From: an uncultured Gemmatimonadales bacterium
GTDB taxonomy: Bacteria > Gemmatimonadota > Gemmatimonadetes > Gemmatimonadales > Gemmatimonadaceae
Assembly: GCA_963701965.1 (NCBI GenBank)
Contig: OY969695.1
Span: forward strand, 2,528,001 to 2,592,000
Reading direction: 5' to 3'
DNA length: 64,000 bases
Positions 19,077 through 29,974 of this stretch are shown here, piece by piece; position 1 is the stretch's first letter; the number at the start of each line of letters is the position of its first letter. The notes below the pieces were generated by a model, which was given only the letters and a program-made list of their open reading frames with translations, had not been told where the DNA came from and did not search any database. The position numbers and the translations under genes are program-made.

Positions 19077-20993
19077 ATGCGATTTCTTTGGCTGGTGGCC
19101 GGCGCGCTCTGCTGCGCCGGCACGCTGGGCGCGCAGGACTCGATCTACAAGCTGGCCGTCGACAGCGCAAAGTTCCCCGAGCAGGGCACCGTCCTGCTGC
19201 TCGACGAGGGCGCGGTCACGGTCGAAGCCGACGGCCGACACACCGTGACGTATCACCAAGTCACGCAAATCCTGCGCGACCGCGCGGTCGCATCGCGGCG
19301 CGAGCAACGCCTCGTGTACGACCCGACGCACGAGAAGCTGACGATCAACTGGATCAAGGTCCTCAAGCCGACGGGCGAGGTCCTGAGCGACAAGCCGTCG
19401 CAGACCCAGGAATCCGACGTGCCCGCGGGTATGGTCGATCCGGTCTACCTGAACCGCAAAGTCCTGCGCGCGTCGCTGAGCGGCGTCGCGGTCGGTACGC
19501 TCATCGACTACTCCTATACGAGAGAGGAGCTGAAGCCATTCCGCACGGGCGATTTCTTCGACGTCTGGCGGGTCACGGCCGGCACCACCGTGCGCCGCTC
19601 CCGCTTCGTCGTCAATGCGCCGAAGGACATGAAGCTCATCATCGAGGAGCACAACCTTCCATTCACCCGGACCGAAACCACGGCCCACGGGCGCACGACG
19701 TACACGTGGGCCACATCCGAAGTCCCGTGGACCAAGGGCGAGATGTTCGCCGCGGACTCGAACACGGTCGCCGAGCTCGTCCGCATCGCGGCGCCGGGCG
19801 CGTGGTCCGACATCGGCCACTGGTACGCCGGGCTGGCGCGCGACCGGTATGCGCCAAGCGCGGCGCTGCGCGATACGGTGCGCGCGCTCGTGGCCCACGC
19901 CACGACGCTCAATGATTCGCTGCGCGCCATCCACCGGTGGGTGGCGCAGGACATTCGCTACGTGTCGCTCTCGCTGGGCATCGGGGGCTTTCAGCCGCGC
20001 TTCCCGGACACGGTGATGCGTACCGGCTTCGGGGATTGCAAGGACAAGGCGACGCTCTTCGTGGCCGCCCTCGGTGTGCTGGGCGTCGAGGCGTACCCGG
20101 TCCTGCTCAATGCCGGCGGCCGCGTGGATCGCTCCCTGCCGACCATCGGGCAATTCGATCACGCCATCGCCGCTATTCGGCGGAAAGGCGCGTACCAGTA
20201 TACGGACCTGACGTCGGGCGTGACGCCGTTCGGCGAGCTGCCGCTGGGGGACGAGTCGGAGTTTGGACTCGTCGTGCATGCCGATGGCCGCACGGAGGAG
20301 GTCACGCTTCCCTCAGACCCGCCCGGCGCGAATCGGCTGGAGAATCACCTGACGGGCACGCTCTCGCCGGATGGGATGTTCAACGGACGATTCGAGGAGC
20401 GGACGAGCGGCGCCGCGGCCGACGGCCTGCGCGGGGCCATGCGCCAGCGGCTCGATTCGACGCAGCGCGCCAACGGCATGCGGTCCCTGGCGCAAAGCAT
20501 CTTTCCCAATGCGCAGGGCGACAGTCTGGTCACGTTCGACGGCAAGGATCTTCAGGCCGCGCCGACGATCACCATGCGCATTCGCCACGGGCAAGCGTCG
20601 GTCTCCTCGGGCACCACCGACGTGCTCACCGTTCCGTTCCTGCATCAAATGGGAGCGGTGGGATCGACCGCCGACCAGCTGGCGACCGCGGGACCGCGGC
20701 ACTATCCGATCAATGCGGCCAAAATTTTGAGCACGCTCGATATGGTGTACAATGTGCGCATCACGCTGCCGCCCGGATGGCACGCGCGCCTGCCGAAAAG
20801 TGTCTCGGCGCCAAGCCCGTTCGGCTCCTACGAGTCGGCGTACAGCCAGGAGGGCGCCGATCTCGTGATCCACCATCGGCTGCACGGAGCCCAGGGCATC
20901 TTCGCTCCGGAACGGATCGATGACCTGATCGCATGGTTCCGCCTCATCGGCACGGATCGCGTGCAGGTCGTTTTGATTGACCACGGAGGGTAA
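19077..20993 (+). CDS. Secreted DUF3857 + transglutaminase-like domain protein
   Basis: Signal peptide; VGTLIDYSY; Cys-His-Asp triad motifs GDCKDK / FDHAI / YTDLT. Confidence 0.85.
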   Translation: MRFLWLVAGALCCAGTLGAQDSIYKLAVDSAKFPEQGTVLLLDEGAVTVEADGRHTVTYHQVTQILRDRAVASRREQRLVYDPTHEKLTINWIKVLKPTGEVLSDKPSQTQESDVPAGMVDPVYLNRKVLRASLSGVAVGTLIDYSYTREELKPFRTGDFFDVWRVTAGTTVRRSRFVVNAPKDMKLIIEEHNLPFTRTETTAHGRTTYTWATSEVPWTKGEMFAADSNTVAELVRIAAPGAWSDIGHWYAGLARDRYAPSAALRDTVRALVAHATTLNDSLRAIHRWVAQDIRYVSLSLGIGGFQPRFPDTVMRTGFGDCKDKATLFVAALGVLGVEAYPVLLNAGGRVDRSLPTIGQFDHAIAAIRRKGAYQYTDLTSGVTPFGELPLGDESEFGLVVHADGRTEEVTLPSDPPGANRLENHLTGTLSPDGMFNGRFEERTSGAAADGLRGAMRQRLDSTQRANGMRSLAQSIFPNAQGDSLVTFDGKDLQAAPTITMRIRHGQASVSSGTTDVLTVPFLHQMGAVGSTADQLATAGPRHYPINAAKILSTLDMVYNVRITLPPGWHARLPKSVSAPSPFGSYESAYSQEGADLVIHHRLHGAQGIFAPERIDDLIAWFRLIGTDRVQVVLIDHGG

Positions 20994-21032
20994 GCCAACA
21001 TTCCGACGTAATTCGGCGTATCACATTCGATA

Positions 21033-24000
21033 ATGTTGCGCGCCCTCGCCGTCGCCCTCGCCCTCCTACCGGCGACGCTCTTCGCACAAGTGGGCGTCAC
21101 GACGGACATCATCACGGGCCGCGTCACGTCACCCGACGGCCAGCCCATGCCGGGCGTCAGCGTGCGGGTCGTCTCGGCGGAGACCCAGATCGGACGCAAC
21201 GCGGTCACCAATAGCGACGGCCGCTACACGATCGTGTTCCCGGATGGCGGCGGCCAATACCGGGTCGAGGCCCGCTTCGTCGGATACCAACCGACGCGAC
21301 TCGTCATCGGCCGACAAGCCGACGAAGACCGGCTGGTCGCCGACATCAAGATGGGCACGGCGATCCCGGTCCTCTCCACCGTCACGACCACCGCGCGCCG
21401 AAACCAACCCCGCGGAGACGCCGGCGGCACGGGCCGGTTTCTCTCACCGCAGCAGATCGAAAAGCTGCCGATCGACGGCACGGACCCCAACGCGCTGGCC
21501 GCGCTCGCGCCCGGCGTCGTCGCACTCTCGGCGAGCGACACGACATCGTCCTCGTTCTCCGTCGCGGGCCAGCGGCCGACGTTGAACAGCGTCACGTTGG
21601 ATGGAACGACGTTCGCCGGATCGTCGATCCCGCAGGAAGCCGTGCGGAACACCCGGGTCATCACCAACACGTACGACGTCTCCCGCGGCCAATTCACCGG
21701 CGGCCAGGTGGCGTCGACCACCCGCGGCGGGACCAATGTCCCCGCCGGCTCGTTCAGCTACTACTTCCGCAATCCGGCGCTGGCCTACGGCGAACAGGGG
21801 CCCAGTGGGTTCAGCCAGATGCGCAACCAGAACCAACTGTCGGGCGGCATCGGCGGACCCATCATCCCCGACCATGTCTTCACGTTCAGCGCCGTCAACC
21901 TGAGCCGCCGCTCCAATGACCTGATCGACCTGGCAAACGAAGATCCGGCGCAGCTGGCCCAGATCGGCGTGCCCGCCGCCGCCGTCCGCAGCGCGCTGCT
22001 CCAACAAGGCGTCCCGTTTACATCGCCGCTCGTGCCCGACGACCGCGACGCCGACAATCTCACGGCCTTCGAGCGACTCGACTTCCTGATCGGCGACGAC
22101 AACTCGATCGTCTTGCGCGGCGATTTCCGGGGACGCTTGCAGGACGGCACGCGGGTGAGCCCCTATTCGCTGCCGACCGCGGGCGGGCACGTCGGCGGCG
22201 CCGGCGGCGGTGTGTTCCTGTCGTGGACGACGCATCTGCCCGGCAACTTCATCAATGAGCTGCGCACGTATGGCCAGCGGGACTACCAGTCCGCCGATCC
22301 CTATCTGAGCGGCGTCGCCGGTCGCATCAGCCTGGAGCCGGCCGCGGCGTCGGCCACGACGGGCATCACCACGGTGGGCTTCGGCGGCAACCCGGGTCTT
22401 CCGCAGAGCGGGTACAACGACCTCTGGGAATCCACCGACGAAGTCTCGTGGCTGTCGCCGCGCGGCGGCCATCGCGTGCGCCTCGGCCTCCTGGTCGATC
22501 TGGGCCGTTCGTCGCAGTTGTTCAATCAGGGCGTCAACGGCATCTACACGTACAACTCGCTGACAGCGTTCGCGCAGGACTCGGCGTCGACGTTCACGCG
22601 CACGTTCAACGCCAACGCCTATCACGCGAGCTCGGTCAGCGGAGCGGCATACCTGGGCGATACCTGGGTCCCCTGGTCACCGCTGCAACTCACGTACGGC
22701 GTGCGGGTCGAAGGCACGGACTATAGCGGCGCGCCCGCGGACAACGTCGAGGTCGCGAATCTGTTTGGACAGCGGACCGATATCTGGCCCACCGAGATCC
22801 ACGTCAGTCCGCGCGTCGGATTCACGTATCAGATCCGATCGGGCGCCGGCGGCCCACCGTCGGCGGTCATTCGCGGCGGGTACGGCGAGTTCCGCGCCAA
22901 CGCGCCCCTCTCGCTCTTCTCGTCCGCGCAGTCGGAGAATGGCGCGGCCAACGGCGAGACGCAGCTCATTTGCATCGGCCCGGACGTGCCGTTCAACCGC
23001 ACGACCGGCTGGGCGGGCTATCTCGACGGCACGACGCCGATCCCGACGACCTGCGCCAGCGGCGCGGGCAGCACGCCGGGCAGCGTTCCCTTGCGACAGG
23101 TCGCCGTGTTCGATCGCGACTTCGAGTCGCCGCGCGCTTGGCGGGGATCGCTCGGCATCCAGAAGCGGCTGCTCGACCGCTTGAATGGCTCCCTCGATCT
23201 CAGCTACGCGCGCGGCGTCGACTTGTTCGGCGTCACCGACGCCAACTTGAACACGTCGAATCCCGCCTTCGCGCTCCCCTACGAAGGCGGTCGCCCGGTC
23301 TACAGCAATTTGATCGACCCGACCACGGGCGCCGTCAGCTTCGCCGGGTCGCGGCGGTTCGGCCAGTACGGCCAGGTGTACGACATCAACTCGCGTCTGC
23401 AGTCGGACACGCGGCAGATGACGGTGTCGATCAACGGCTTCACGCTGCGGGGCATCGCCTATCAGTTCGCGTACACGTATCAGCAGGTCCGCGACCAGTC
23501 GTCATTCTCGGGTGGGTCGGCGCTGGTGGGGTTCGGCAATCCGACGACGGCGGGCAATCCCAACGCCGTCGGCTGGGGCCCGAGCGACCTGGGTCGCACG
23601 CACCAGTTCCTGACAACGGTCACCTGGCCGATCGTGCCGGCCCTCGAGCTCACGACCATCGCGCGCCTCACGTCCGGCACGCCGTTCACGCCGGCCGTGA
23701 GCCAGGATATCAACGGCAATGGCGCGCGCAACGACCGGGCGTTCGTCTTCAATCCGGCCGCCGTCGCGGGCACGCCGGACAGCGCGTTGGCAGGCCCAAT
23801 GCGGCAGTTGCTGGCGACGACATCGGGGCGCGTGCGCGACTGTCTGGAGAGCCAGATCGGGCAGGTGGCCGGCCGCAACAGCTGCCTCGGGCCGTGGACG
23901 CCGTCGTTCGACGTGCAACTCAACTATCGTCCGGCCTCTTTCGGCCTGCAACGGCGTCTCACGCTCTCCCTGCTCGCCGTCAATACGCTGACCGGGGTCG

Positions 24001-24671
24001 ACGAGTTGGTGCACGGGCCGAACCATCTCGCCGGATGGGGGCAGCCGTTCCCCCCGGATAACATCTTGCTCTACGTGCGGGGATTTTCCACGACGCCCCA
24101 GCCGCACTTCATCTACACGGTCAACCAGCATTTCGGGCAACCGTACAGCGCGTTCGGCGCCTACAGCGCGCCGTTCCAGCTGGTGTTCGAGGCGCGGTAC
24201 AGCTTCGGCGATGTGAGTCCGGACCAGTTGCGCGGGTTGCTGGGCGGCGGTGGCGGCAATCGCCGCGATCCCGGCGCGGGCGGGGCCGGCGCGGGCGGCG
24301 CGAATGGCGGCGCGATGTCGCTCGCCGATCAGGTCGCGGGGCGGTTTGCCGAGCGGTTTCCCAACACGTTCGATCAGATCCTGGCGCTCAAGGACACGCT
24401 GGCGCTCACGCCGGACCAGGTCGGGAAGCTCACGACCGCGTCCGACTCACTGAAGGAAGCGATCGGCGCGATGCGGGGGAAGGTGTCGACCGCGCTGGCC
24501 AAGCTCGGAAACAACCCGGACCCCGGCACGCTCATGTCGCTCATGCGACCGGAGTTGCTCGAGGCCCGCACCATGCGCCGCGCGGCGGTGGCCGCGGCGC
24601 AGGCGATCCTGACGCCCGATCAGTGGAAGAAAGTACCGGACGCGATTCGCACGACTACGGCTCGGCAGTGA
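21033..24671 (+). CDS. TonB-dependent receptor (carboxypeptidase-regulatory N-domain, Oar-like) with C-terminal LTXXQ-like helical extension
   Basis: ITGRVTSPDGQPMPG...TNSDGRY, ALAALAPGV, VTLDG, GQFTGG.V...TRGGTN, SPRVGF; tail LALTPDQ...ILTPDQW. Confidence 0.85.
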   Translation: MLRALAVALALLPATLFAQVGVTTDIITGRVTSPDGQPMPGVSVRVVSAETQIGRNAVTNSDGRYTIVFPDGGGQYRVEARFVGYQPTRLVIGRQADEDRLVADIKMGTAIPVLSTVTTTARRNQPRGDAGGTGRFLSPQQIEKLPIDGTDPNALAALAPGVVALSASDTTSSSFSVAGQRPTLNSVTLDGTTFAGSSIPQEAVRNTRVITNTYDVSRGQFTGGQVASTTRGGTNVPAGSFSYYFRNPALAYGEQGPSGFSQMRNQNQLSGGIGGPIIPDHVFTFSAVNLSRRSNDLIDLANEDPAQLAQIGVPAAAVRSALLQQGVPFTSPLVPDDRDADNLTAFERLDFLIGDDNSIVLRGDFRGRLQDGTRVSPYSLPTAGGHVGGAGGGVFLSWTTHLPGNFINELRTYGQRDYQSADPYLSGVAGRISLEPAAASATTGITTVGFGGNPGLPQSGYNDLWESTDEVSWLSPRGGHRVRLGLLVDLGRSSQLFNQGVNGIYTYNSLTAFAQDSASTFTRTFNANAYHASSVSGAAYLGDTWVPWSPLQLTYGVRVEGTDYSGAPADNVEVANLFGQRTDIWPTEIHVSPRVGFTYQIRSGAGGPPSAVIRGGYGEFRANAPLSLFSSAQSENGAANGETQLICIGPDVPFNRTTGWAGYLDGTTPIPTTCASGAGSTPGSVPLRQVAVFDRDFESPRAWRGSLGIQKRLLDRLNGSLDLSYARGVDLFGVTDANLNTSNPAFALPYEGGRPVYSNLIDPTTGAVSFAGSRRFGQYGQVYDINSRLQSDTRQMTVSINGFTLRGIAYQFAYTYQQVRDQSSFSGGSALVGFGNPTTAGNPNAVGWGPSDLGRTHQFLTTVTWPIVPALELTTIARLTSGTPFTPAVSQDINGNGARNDRAFVFNPAAVAGTPDSALAGPMRQLLATTSGRVRDCLESQIGQVAGRNSCLGPWTPSFDVQLNYRPASFGLQRRLTLSLLAVNTLTGVDELVHGPNHLAGWGQPFPPDNILLYVRGFSTTPQPHFIYTVNQHFGQPYSAFGAYSAPFQLVFEARYSFGDVSPDQLRGLLGGGGGNRRDPGAGGAGAGGANGGAMSLADQVAGRFAERFPNTFDQILALKDTLALTPDQVGKLTTASDSLKEAIGAMRGKVSTALAKLGNNPDPGTLMSLMRPELLEARTMRRAAVAAAQAILTPDQWKKVPDAIRTTTARQ

Positions 24672-25269
24672 CCGACGGGAATGTCACCCCGAAGATGATG
24701 GGCAGCATCGACGCGCCCGTGTGCGGCCCGAAGTAGTACTGATACCGCACTTCGGCGAAGAGGCCGATCCCAATGCCGGGCCCGACGCCGAAGAGCCGCC
24801 CGCGCAGGCCGGCGCCCCCGTCGATCCCGAAGTGGCTCCCGCTGACCGTCGGCGTGTTGGGCGTCGTGCAGTTGACGTTCGGGGGACAGGGCGGCGGAGT
24901 CGGGCGGATGTTGTCGTACGTGTGGTAGTACCCGGCGCCGGCCATGACGTACGGGGTGACGAGATACACGGGAAATGAGTAGATCGCGTTCGCCGAGATC
25001 GCCCAGATCTGGCGGGCTCCCAGCTCGCTGCTCGTATGATCGTACTCGTTATACAACCCGTCGACCCGGAGGCTCACCGGTGTGAACGGCGCGCGGACGT
25101 CGATCCCGATCAACCCGTTGAAGCCGACGGAGCCGGCGTTGGTGGCGAGGCGGCCAAAGGGAAAGGACGGGCCAATGCCTGCGTCGAGGGAAACCGGCCA
25201 TTGGGCCGCCGCGGGCCGCGCGAGCGCGGCGGCGGCGGCCAAGACGAACAGTGGACGTGCGTGCAGCAA
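24655..25269 (-). CDS. Outer membrane beta-barrel protein
   Basis: GGAG + TTG start, signal peptide, TPYVMAGAGYY, FAEVRYQY. Confidence 0.8.
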   Translation of the reverse strand: MLHARPLFVLAAAAALARPAAAQWPVSLDAGIGPSFPFGRLATNAGSVGFNGLIGIDVRAPFTPVSLRVDGLYNEYDHTSSELGARQIWAISANAIYSFPVYLVTPYVMAGAGYYHTYDNIRPTPPPCPPNVNCTTPNTPTVSGSHFGIDGGAGLRGRLFGVGPGIGIGLFAEVRYQYYFGPHTGASMLPIIFGVTFPSVTAEP

Positions 25270-25297
25270 AAGGACTCCGGGCCGTGAACTACCTTCA

Positions 25298-25846
25298 CTA
25301 CAACTGCACGCCAAAAGTCAGCGGGAAGAACTGGGTCGCCGTGTTTGGCGTGAAGACGTAGTGGTAGCGGATCTCGCCAAAGATCGAGAACAACTCTGGG
25401 ATCTTGACGCGCGCCCCGACACCGCCGTTGAGACCGAAGTGGCTGCCGCTCGCCCCAAGGGAGAAATTGCCGCCGCCGGACGCGAAGCTGACGTCGTTGT
25501 AGTAGTAGCCGAGTCCCAGAATAGCGTACGGCGTGACAACCGGTTCCGGGATCTGGAAAACGGCGTTCGCCGTCAGGCTCCATAGCTCGCTGTGTCCCTG
25601 GGCCGGATCCTTCACGCCAAAGTGGTTGAACATGCCGTCGAGACGGGCGCCGAAGGGGAGCAGGCCCGGATCGACGCCGACGAAGGCAAGGATGTTATAG
25701 CCGGTGTTGACGGCGTTGCCGAAATTCCCGGTAGCGAACGAGGGACCGCCGCCCGCGCCGATGGTCGGATTGAGCAACTGGGCGTGGGCCGTGGATGCGG
25801 CAAAGGCGAGGCCGCAGACGGCCAGACATAGACGGGCAATGCGCAT
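25298..25846 (-). CDS. Outer membrane beta-barrel protein (paralog of neighbour)
   Basis: Signal peptide, TPYAILGLGYY, GSHFGLNGGVG, FGEIRYHY. Confidence 0.85.
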   Translation of the reverse strand: MRIARLCLAVCGLAFAASTAHAQLLNPTIGAGGGPSFATGNFGNAVNTGYNILAFVGVDPGLLPFGARLDGMFNHFGVKDPAQGHSELWSLTANAVFQIPEPVVTPYAILGLGYYYNDVSFASGGGNFSLGASGSHFGLNGGVGARVKIPELFSIFGEIRYHYVFTPNTATQFFPLTFGVQL

Positions 25847-25984
25847 GGTGACGTGTCCTGCCGAAGAAGTGGTTACGGCTCAATTGAGCCACGCAACCGC
25901 CTCGAGGCGAGACCCGTGCCGGAACATGAACGGGGCGCCCGTTCCCAGGCGCCCCGTCCCCACTCGTGTGGTTGCCGGTGGTGC

Positions 25985-26200
25985 TTACCGGCCGCCAGCC
26001 TTCACGACGTTCTCAGCCGCGGGGCCTTTCTGGCCCTGCACGATGTCAAACTCCACCACATCACCCTCGGCCAACGACTTGAAGCCGTTGCCCTGAATGG
26101 CGCTGTAGTGAACGAAGCAGTCCTTCTGACCATTGTCCGGCGTGATGAAACCGAAACCCTTTGCGTCGTTGAACCACTTCACTTTCCCGGTGGTACGCAT
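25985..26200 (-). CDS. Cold-shock protein
   Basis: [31 protein letters not shown]. Confidence 0.97.
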   Translation of the reverse strand: MRTTGKVKWFNDAKGFGFITPDNGQKDCFVHYSAIQGNGFKSLAEGDVVEFDIVQGQKGPAAENVVKAGGR

Positions 26201-26344
26201 TCCTACTCCTGAAAGAAAATTTGTCTAGGGAGCGGAACGTGCCGTACCCCGACAAAGCATTATGACGCGGGACCTAAGCCCCCCGCGACTGGACCGGCCG
26301 CATCCCCGTCGAATTCTGGACGGATTCTTGGCTTATAGCGCGCT

Positions 26345-26373
26345 AATATAGCGGAGCCAAGTGGTTCGGGCAA
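26345..26373 (-). promoter_or_regulatory. sigma70 promoter of the csp gene (5' UTR about 140 nt)
   Basis: TTGCCC-N17-TATATT. Confidence 0.6.
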
Positions 26374-26387
26374 GAGTCAATGATTAA

Positions 26388-26783
26388 TTAATACGGCGCC
26401 GTGGTCACCCCGTCGACGAAATATTCGGTCTCGCCGAAACAGGACGTCGGGATGCCCTTGTGCTGGCTATAGTGCAGGCCCACCCGCTTCCCGACCATCG
26501 CGTTGATGGCGCCCGCGATCGAGTCGTTGCGGACCGTGAACGCCCAGAGCTGCGGCGGCACCCCCGGTTGCGTCGTCATCGCCAGCTCGCCCTCCCAGGT
26601 CTTACATACCCAGCCCTTTTTCGAGAGCTTCTGGACGAAGCCCGCCCGCTCGCCCGCAGCATACGAAAACCCGAGCGCGGACAGTGTATAGAGTGTGAAA
26701 CCAACAATCGGCAGGACGACGATCACCAAAATGGCGATCAACTTCCAGTTGGTTTTCTTCTTGACCGGCACCGCCGTCGCCAT
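26388..26783 (-). CDS. Conserved hypothetical membrane-anchored protein
   Basis: N-terminal TM; GERAG.VQKLSKKGW.CKTWEGEL...CFGETEYF. Confidence 0.8.
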   Translation of the reverse strand: MATAVPVKKKTNWKLIAILVIVVLPIVGFTLYTLSALGFSYAAGERAGFVQKLSKKGWVCKTWEGELAMTTQPGVPPQLWAFTVRNDSIAGAINAMVGKRVGLHYSQHKGIPTSCFGETEYFVDGVTTAPY

Positions 26784-26798
26784 GATCGCCTCGCGTTG

Positions 26799-26858
26799 GA
26801 TCCCGGCCCGACCGGGATCAGTTCAACCGACCTCGGATCGCGCGACGCGAAGCGGCGC
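26799..26858 (+). repeat. Intergenic copy of the palindromic element found in hisH
   Basis: 52/60 identity by manual alignment to 41769-41828. Confidence 0.85.
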
Positions 26859-26903
26859 CCGCGTCCCGAGTCTGAAAAGTCAGCCCCACGTTAACTTTCC
26901 CGC

Positions 26904-28134
26904 ATGCCTCTCGCCAGCCGCCGTCAGACGGTAACCGCCTCCGTGGGCGGTGTCGCGATCGGATCCGCGCACCCGATCGTCGTGCAATCCATGACCAACA
27001 CCGATACTGCCAATGCCGCCGCCACCGCGGAACAGGTGGTCGCGCTCGCCCGGGCGGGCTCGCAGCTGGTGCGGATTACGGTCAACAACGAGGAGGCCGC
27101 GGCAGCGGTTTCCGGGATCGCCGAACGGGTCGCCGACCTCGGGGTCACCGTCCCGCTCGTCGGCGACTTCCACTACAACGGCCACCTGCTGCTCGCCAAA
27201 TACCCGGCCTGCGCCCGCGCGCTGGCCAAGTACCGCATCAACCCGGGCAACGTCGGCGGCAAACGCCGCGACGAGCACTTCCGGCAAATCGTCGAGATCG
27301 CGCTCGACAACGACAAACCGGTCCGGATCGGCGTGAACTGGGGATCCCTCGACCAGGATCTCCTCACCACCATGATGGATGAGAACGCCGGGCGCAGCGA
27401 GCCGCTCGAATGCGCGCGACGTCATGATCGAGGCCATGATCGAAAGCGGCCTCCGCTCGGCCACCCTCGCCGAATCCGTGGGCCTTGGCCACGACCGCAT
27501 CCTCATCTCGGCCAAGGTGAGCCTGGTGCCGGACCTGGTCGACGTCTACCGCCGTCTGGCGCCCCGCTGCGACTATCCGCTCCACTTGGGACTCACCGAG
27601 GCGGGACTGGGCACCAAAGGGGTGGTCGGATCCAGCGCGGCGCTCGCGATCCTGCTCGGCGAAGGCATCGGCGACACGATCCGGGTCTCCCTCACCCCGC
27701 GCCCGAACGGGGATCGCACCGAAGAGGTCATTGTCGCCCAACAGATCCTGCAGTCGCTCGGTCTCCGCAACTTCACGCCGCAAGTCACGGCGTGTCCGGG
27801 CTGCGGGCGCACGACATCGACCTTCTTTCAGCACATGGCCGAGGACATCCAAACCTATCTGCGCGAGCAAATGCCGGTGTGGCGGGAACAACATCCCGGG
27901 GTCGAGACCATGCGGGTCGCGGTCATGGGATGCGTGGTCAATGGCCCGGGCGAATCCAAGCATGCCAACATCGGCATCTCGCTCCCCGGCACGTTCGAGG
28001 AGCCGAAAGCCCCGGTCTACGTCGACGGCAAACTGGTCGTGACGCTGCGCGGCGAAGGCATCGTGCCGGAGTTTCTGGCCATTCTCGAGGACTACGTCGC
28101 CCGGACGTACCCTGCCGCGATGCCGGTCGCGTGA
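26904..28134 (+). CDS. ispG: HMBPP synthase (GcpE), 1-bp frameshift near 27409
   Basis: [26 protein letters not shown]; after the shift [34 protein letters not shown]. Confidence 0.93.
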
Positions 28135-28856
28135 TCGTCGCGCTCGCTCTTGTCTTCCAAGGACACGTAGGCGCCATCAGCGGGAGCGTGCAGGACACGA
28201 CGGGCGCGCCGCAGCGCGACGCCGCCGTCGAAGTCGTCGGGCTCACGATCTCGGCGCGCACCGACTCCGCTGGCCGATATCGTTTGAACGGCGTGCCCAC
28301 GGGCGCGCAGATCGTGCACGTAGGCCACATCGCGCAACGGGTCACCGTGGTGGCGGACACGGTGGTCGGCGCGTTCTTTTTGGTCCACGAGGTCACCGCC
28401 CCGCACGCGATCTGGAACGGCTGCCAACCGTACCGGACGTGCGCGCTGTTGCGCTACGTGGCGACGTTCAAACAGCACACGATCCCCGCGGGCATCGGGG
28501 TCATCCGCGACGCGGCGACCTGGAACGGATTCCTGGCGCGCTACGCGACAGGGCCGAACGAGAGCATCCGACGCAATGTGATCGACTGGTCGAAGGAGAT
28601 GCTGGTCGTCGTGAGCTACGGCGCCGACACGCAAATGCTGGACCAAGGGGACGGCATCAACCGCGTCGAACGGCATCCCGACCGGCTGACCGTCCTCCTC
28701 GGACCGGACTCGCTCAATGGCCCGAGTCCACTCGGCGCTAATGGTTGGGTGCCCGCCACCGCTATCGCGGTCCCGCGCACGACGCTCCCCATCGAATACC
28801 GCGCCGTGCTGGCCTCGACGCACATCCCGCCGACAGTCGACTGGTCACGGCAGTGA
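28131..28856 (+). CDS. Carboxypeptidase-regulatory-like domain protein
   Basis: GTGA overlap with the ispG stop; [12 protein letters not shown]...[11 protein letters not shown]. Confidence 0.7.
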   Translation: MIVALALVFQGHVGAISGSVQDTTGAPQRDAAVEVVGLTISARTDSAGRYRLNGVPTGAQIVHVGHIAQRVTVVADTVVGAFFLVHEVTAPHAIWNGCQPYRTCALLRYVATFKQHTIPAGIGVIRDAATWNGFLARYATGPNESIRRNVIDWSKEMLVVVSYGADTQMLDQGDGINRVERHPDRLTVLLGPDSLNGPSPLGANGWVPATAIAVPRTTLPIEYRAVLASTHIPPTVDWSRQ

Positions 28857-29933
28857 TGCCGGCGGTGATGCCGGCGGTGATGCCGGCAGTGATGCCGGCA
28901 GTGATGCGATGAAGTCGACGAGATAATTCTTCCACACCGCGGCCAGGGTATGCGTCCCGTGCCCGCGGGTCTGGTCGCTCAACGGCAACAGCACGTATTT
29001 CGCGTGGGGCACGCGGGCGATCAGGGGCTCGATGGCTCCAAGCTCGGGGGGATTGACGGCGTCGTCGGCCGAGTTGATGGCCAGCACTGGCGCGGTGATC
29101 CGCTCCAGATCGGCGGAAGGATCGTAGTCGCGCGAGGCGTCGAGCTGATAGATCAAATCGTTGGCGTCGTCGGCCGCCATACGCGTCTTGACGATCGCGT
29201 TGATCGCGCTGTCGGCGGCGTCGCGCGTCGGTCCGGCCTTCTGTAGCACCAGCGGACTGGATGCCATGATGGACAGGATCCCCATCGCGGCGGTGTAGCC
29301 GGGGGGCTGGCTCCGATACTCGCCGCCCTGGTAAGCGGGGTCGTTCCGGATGGCGTCTATCGCCATCCGCCGCCACATGCGATTGCGCCCCGCGATCTGG
29401 ATAGGCTGACAAGCGAGGGGCACGAGCCCGTCGGCGAACGTGGGATACCGCTCGGCCCACATCCAGCTGTGCATGCAACCCATCGACGTACCCATGATGA
29501 GGTACAGGTGGCGCACGTGCAGGCCGTCGGTCACCAGCCGGTACTCGGCGTCCACCATGTCGGCGTAACCGTAGTGCGGAAACTTGGCGTGCCACCCGTC
29601 GCTGGGTTTGCTCGAGGCGCCGTGGCCGATATCGTCGGGCAGGATCACGAAGAAGCGCGTCGTGTCCAATGGCTGGCCGGCGCCAAACAGCTGCCCGGCG
29701 AAAACGGGACTCATGAACTGGGCGCCCGAGCCGGATGTCCCGTGCATGATCAACACGGCCTTTCCGGTGGACGGGCCGAGGGTGCGATAGTGGATCCGCA
29801 AGGCGGGGAGGCGCTCGCCGTCGGCGAATCGGAAATCGTGGATCGTATAGTCGGCGCCCTGGGCGCTCTGGGCGCTGAGCCGCGACGCGGCCAAGGCGAA
29901 ACCCCACACGGCGACGGCGCGCCAAGCGAGCAT
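28845..29933 (-). CDS. Secreted alpha/beta hydrolase (MetX-like fold)
   Basis: [23 protein letters not shown] nucleophile elbow, RGHGTH. Confidence 0.88.
   Translation of the reverse strand: MLAWRAVAVWGFALAASRLSAQSAQGADYTIHDFRFADGERLPALRIHYRTLGPSTGKAVLIMHGTSGSGAQFMSPVFAGQLFGAGQPLDTTRFFVILPDDIGHGASSKPSDGWHAKFPHYGYADMVDAEYRLVTDGLHVRHLYLIMGTSMGCMHSWMWAERYPTFADGLVPLACQPIQIAGRNRMWRRMAIDAIRNDPAYQGGEYRSQPPGYTAAMGILSIMASSPLVLQKAGPTRDAADSAINAIVKTRMAADDANDLIYQLDASRDYDPSADLERITAPVLAINSADDAVNPPELGAIEPLIARVPHAKYVLLPLSDQTRGHGTHTLAAVWKNYLVDFIASLPASLPASPPASPPASLP
28849..28907. repeat. 12-bp tandem repeat (about 5 copies) at the convergent gene junction
   Basis: GGC(A/G)GTGATGCC units; encode AS(L/P)P repeats at the hydrolase C-terminus. 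Confidence 0.9.
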
Positions 29934-29974
29934 GTGATCTCCCGGGTAGAGGAACGGATATAAGTTGCAGCATC

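Noticed and set aside
26904..28856. IspG fused to a carboxypeptidase-regulatory domain (650 aa ORF)
   Set aside because: Artefact of the frameshift near 27409; these are two separate genes
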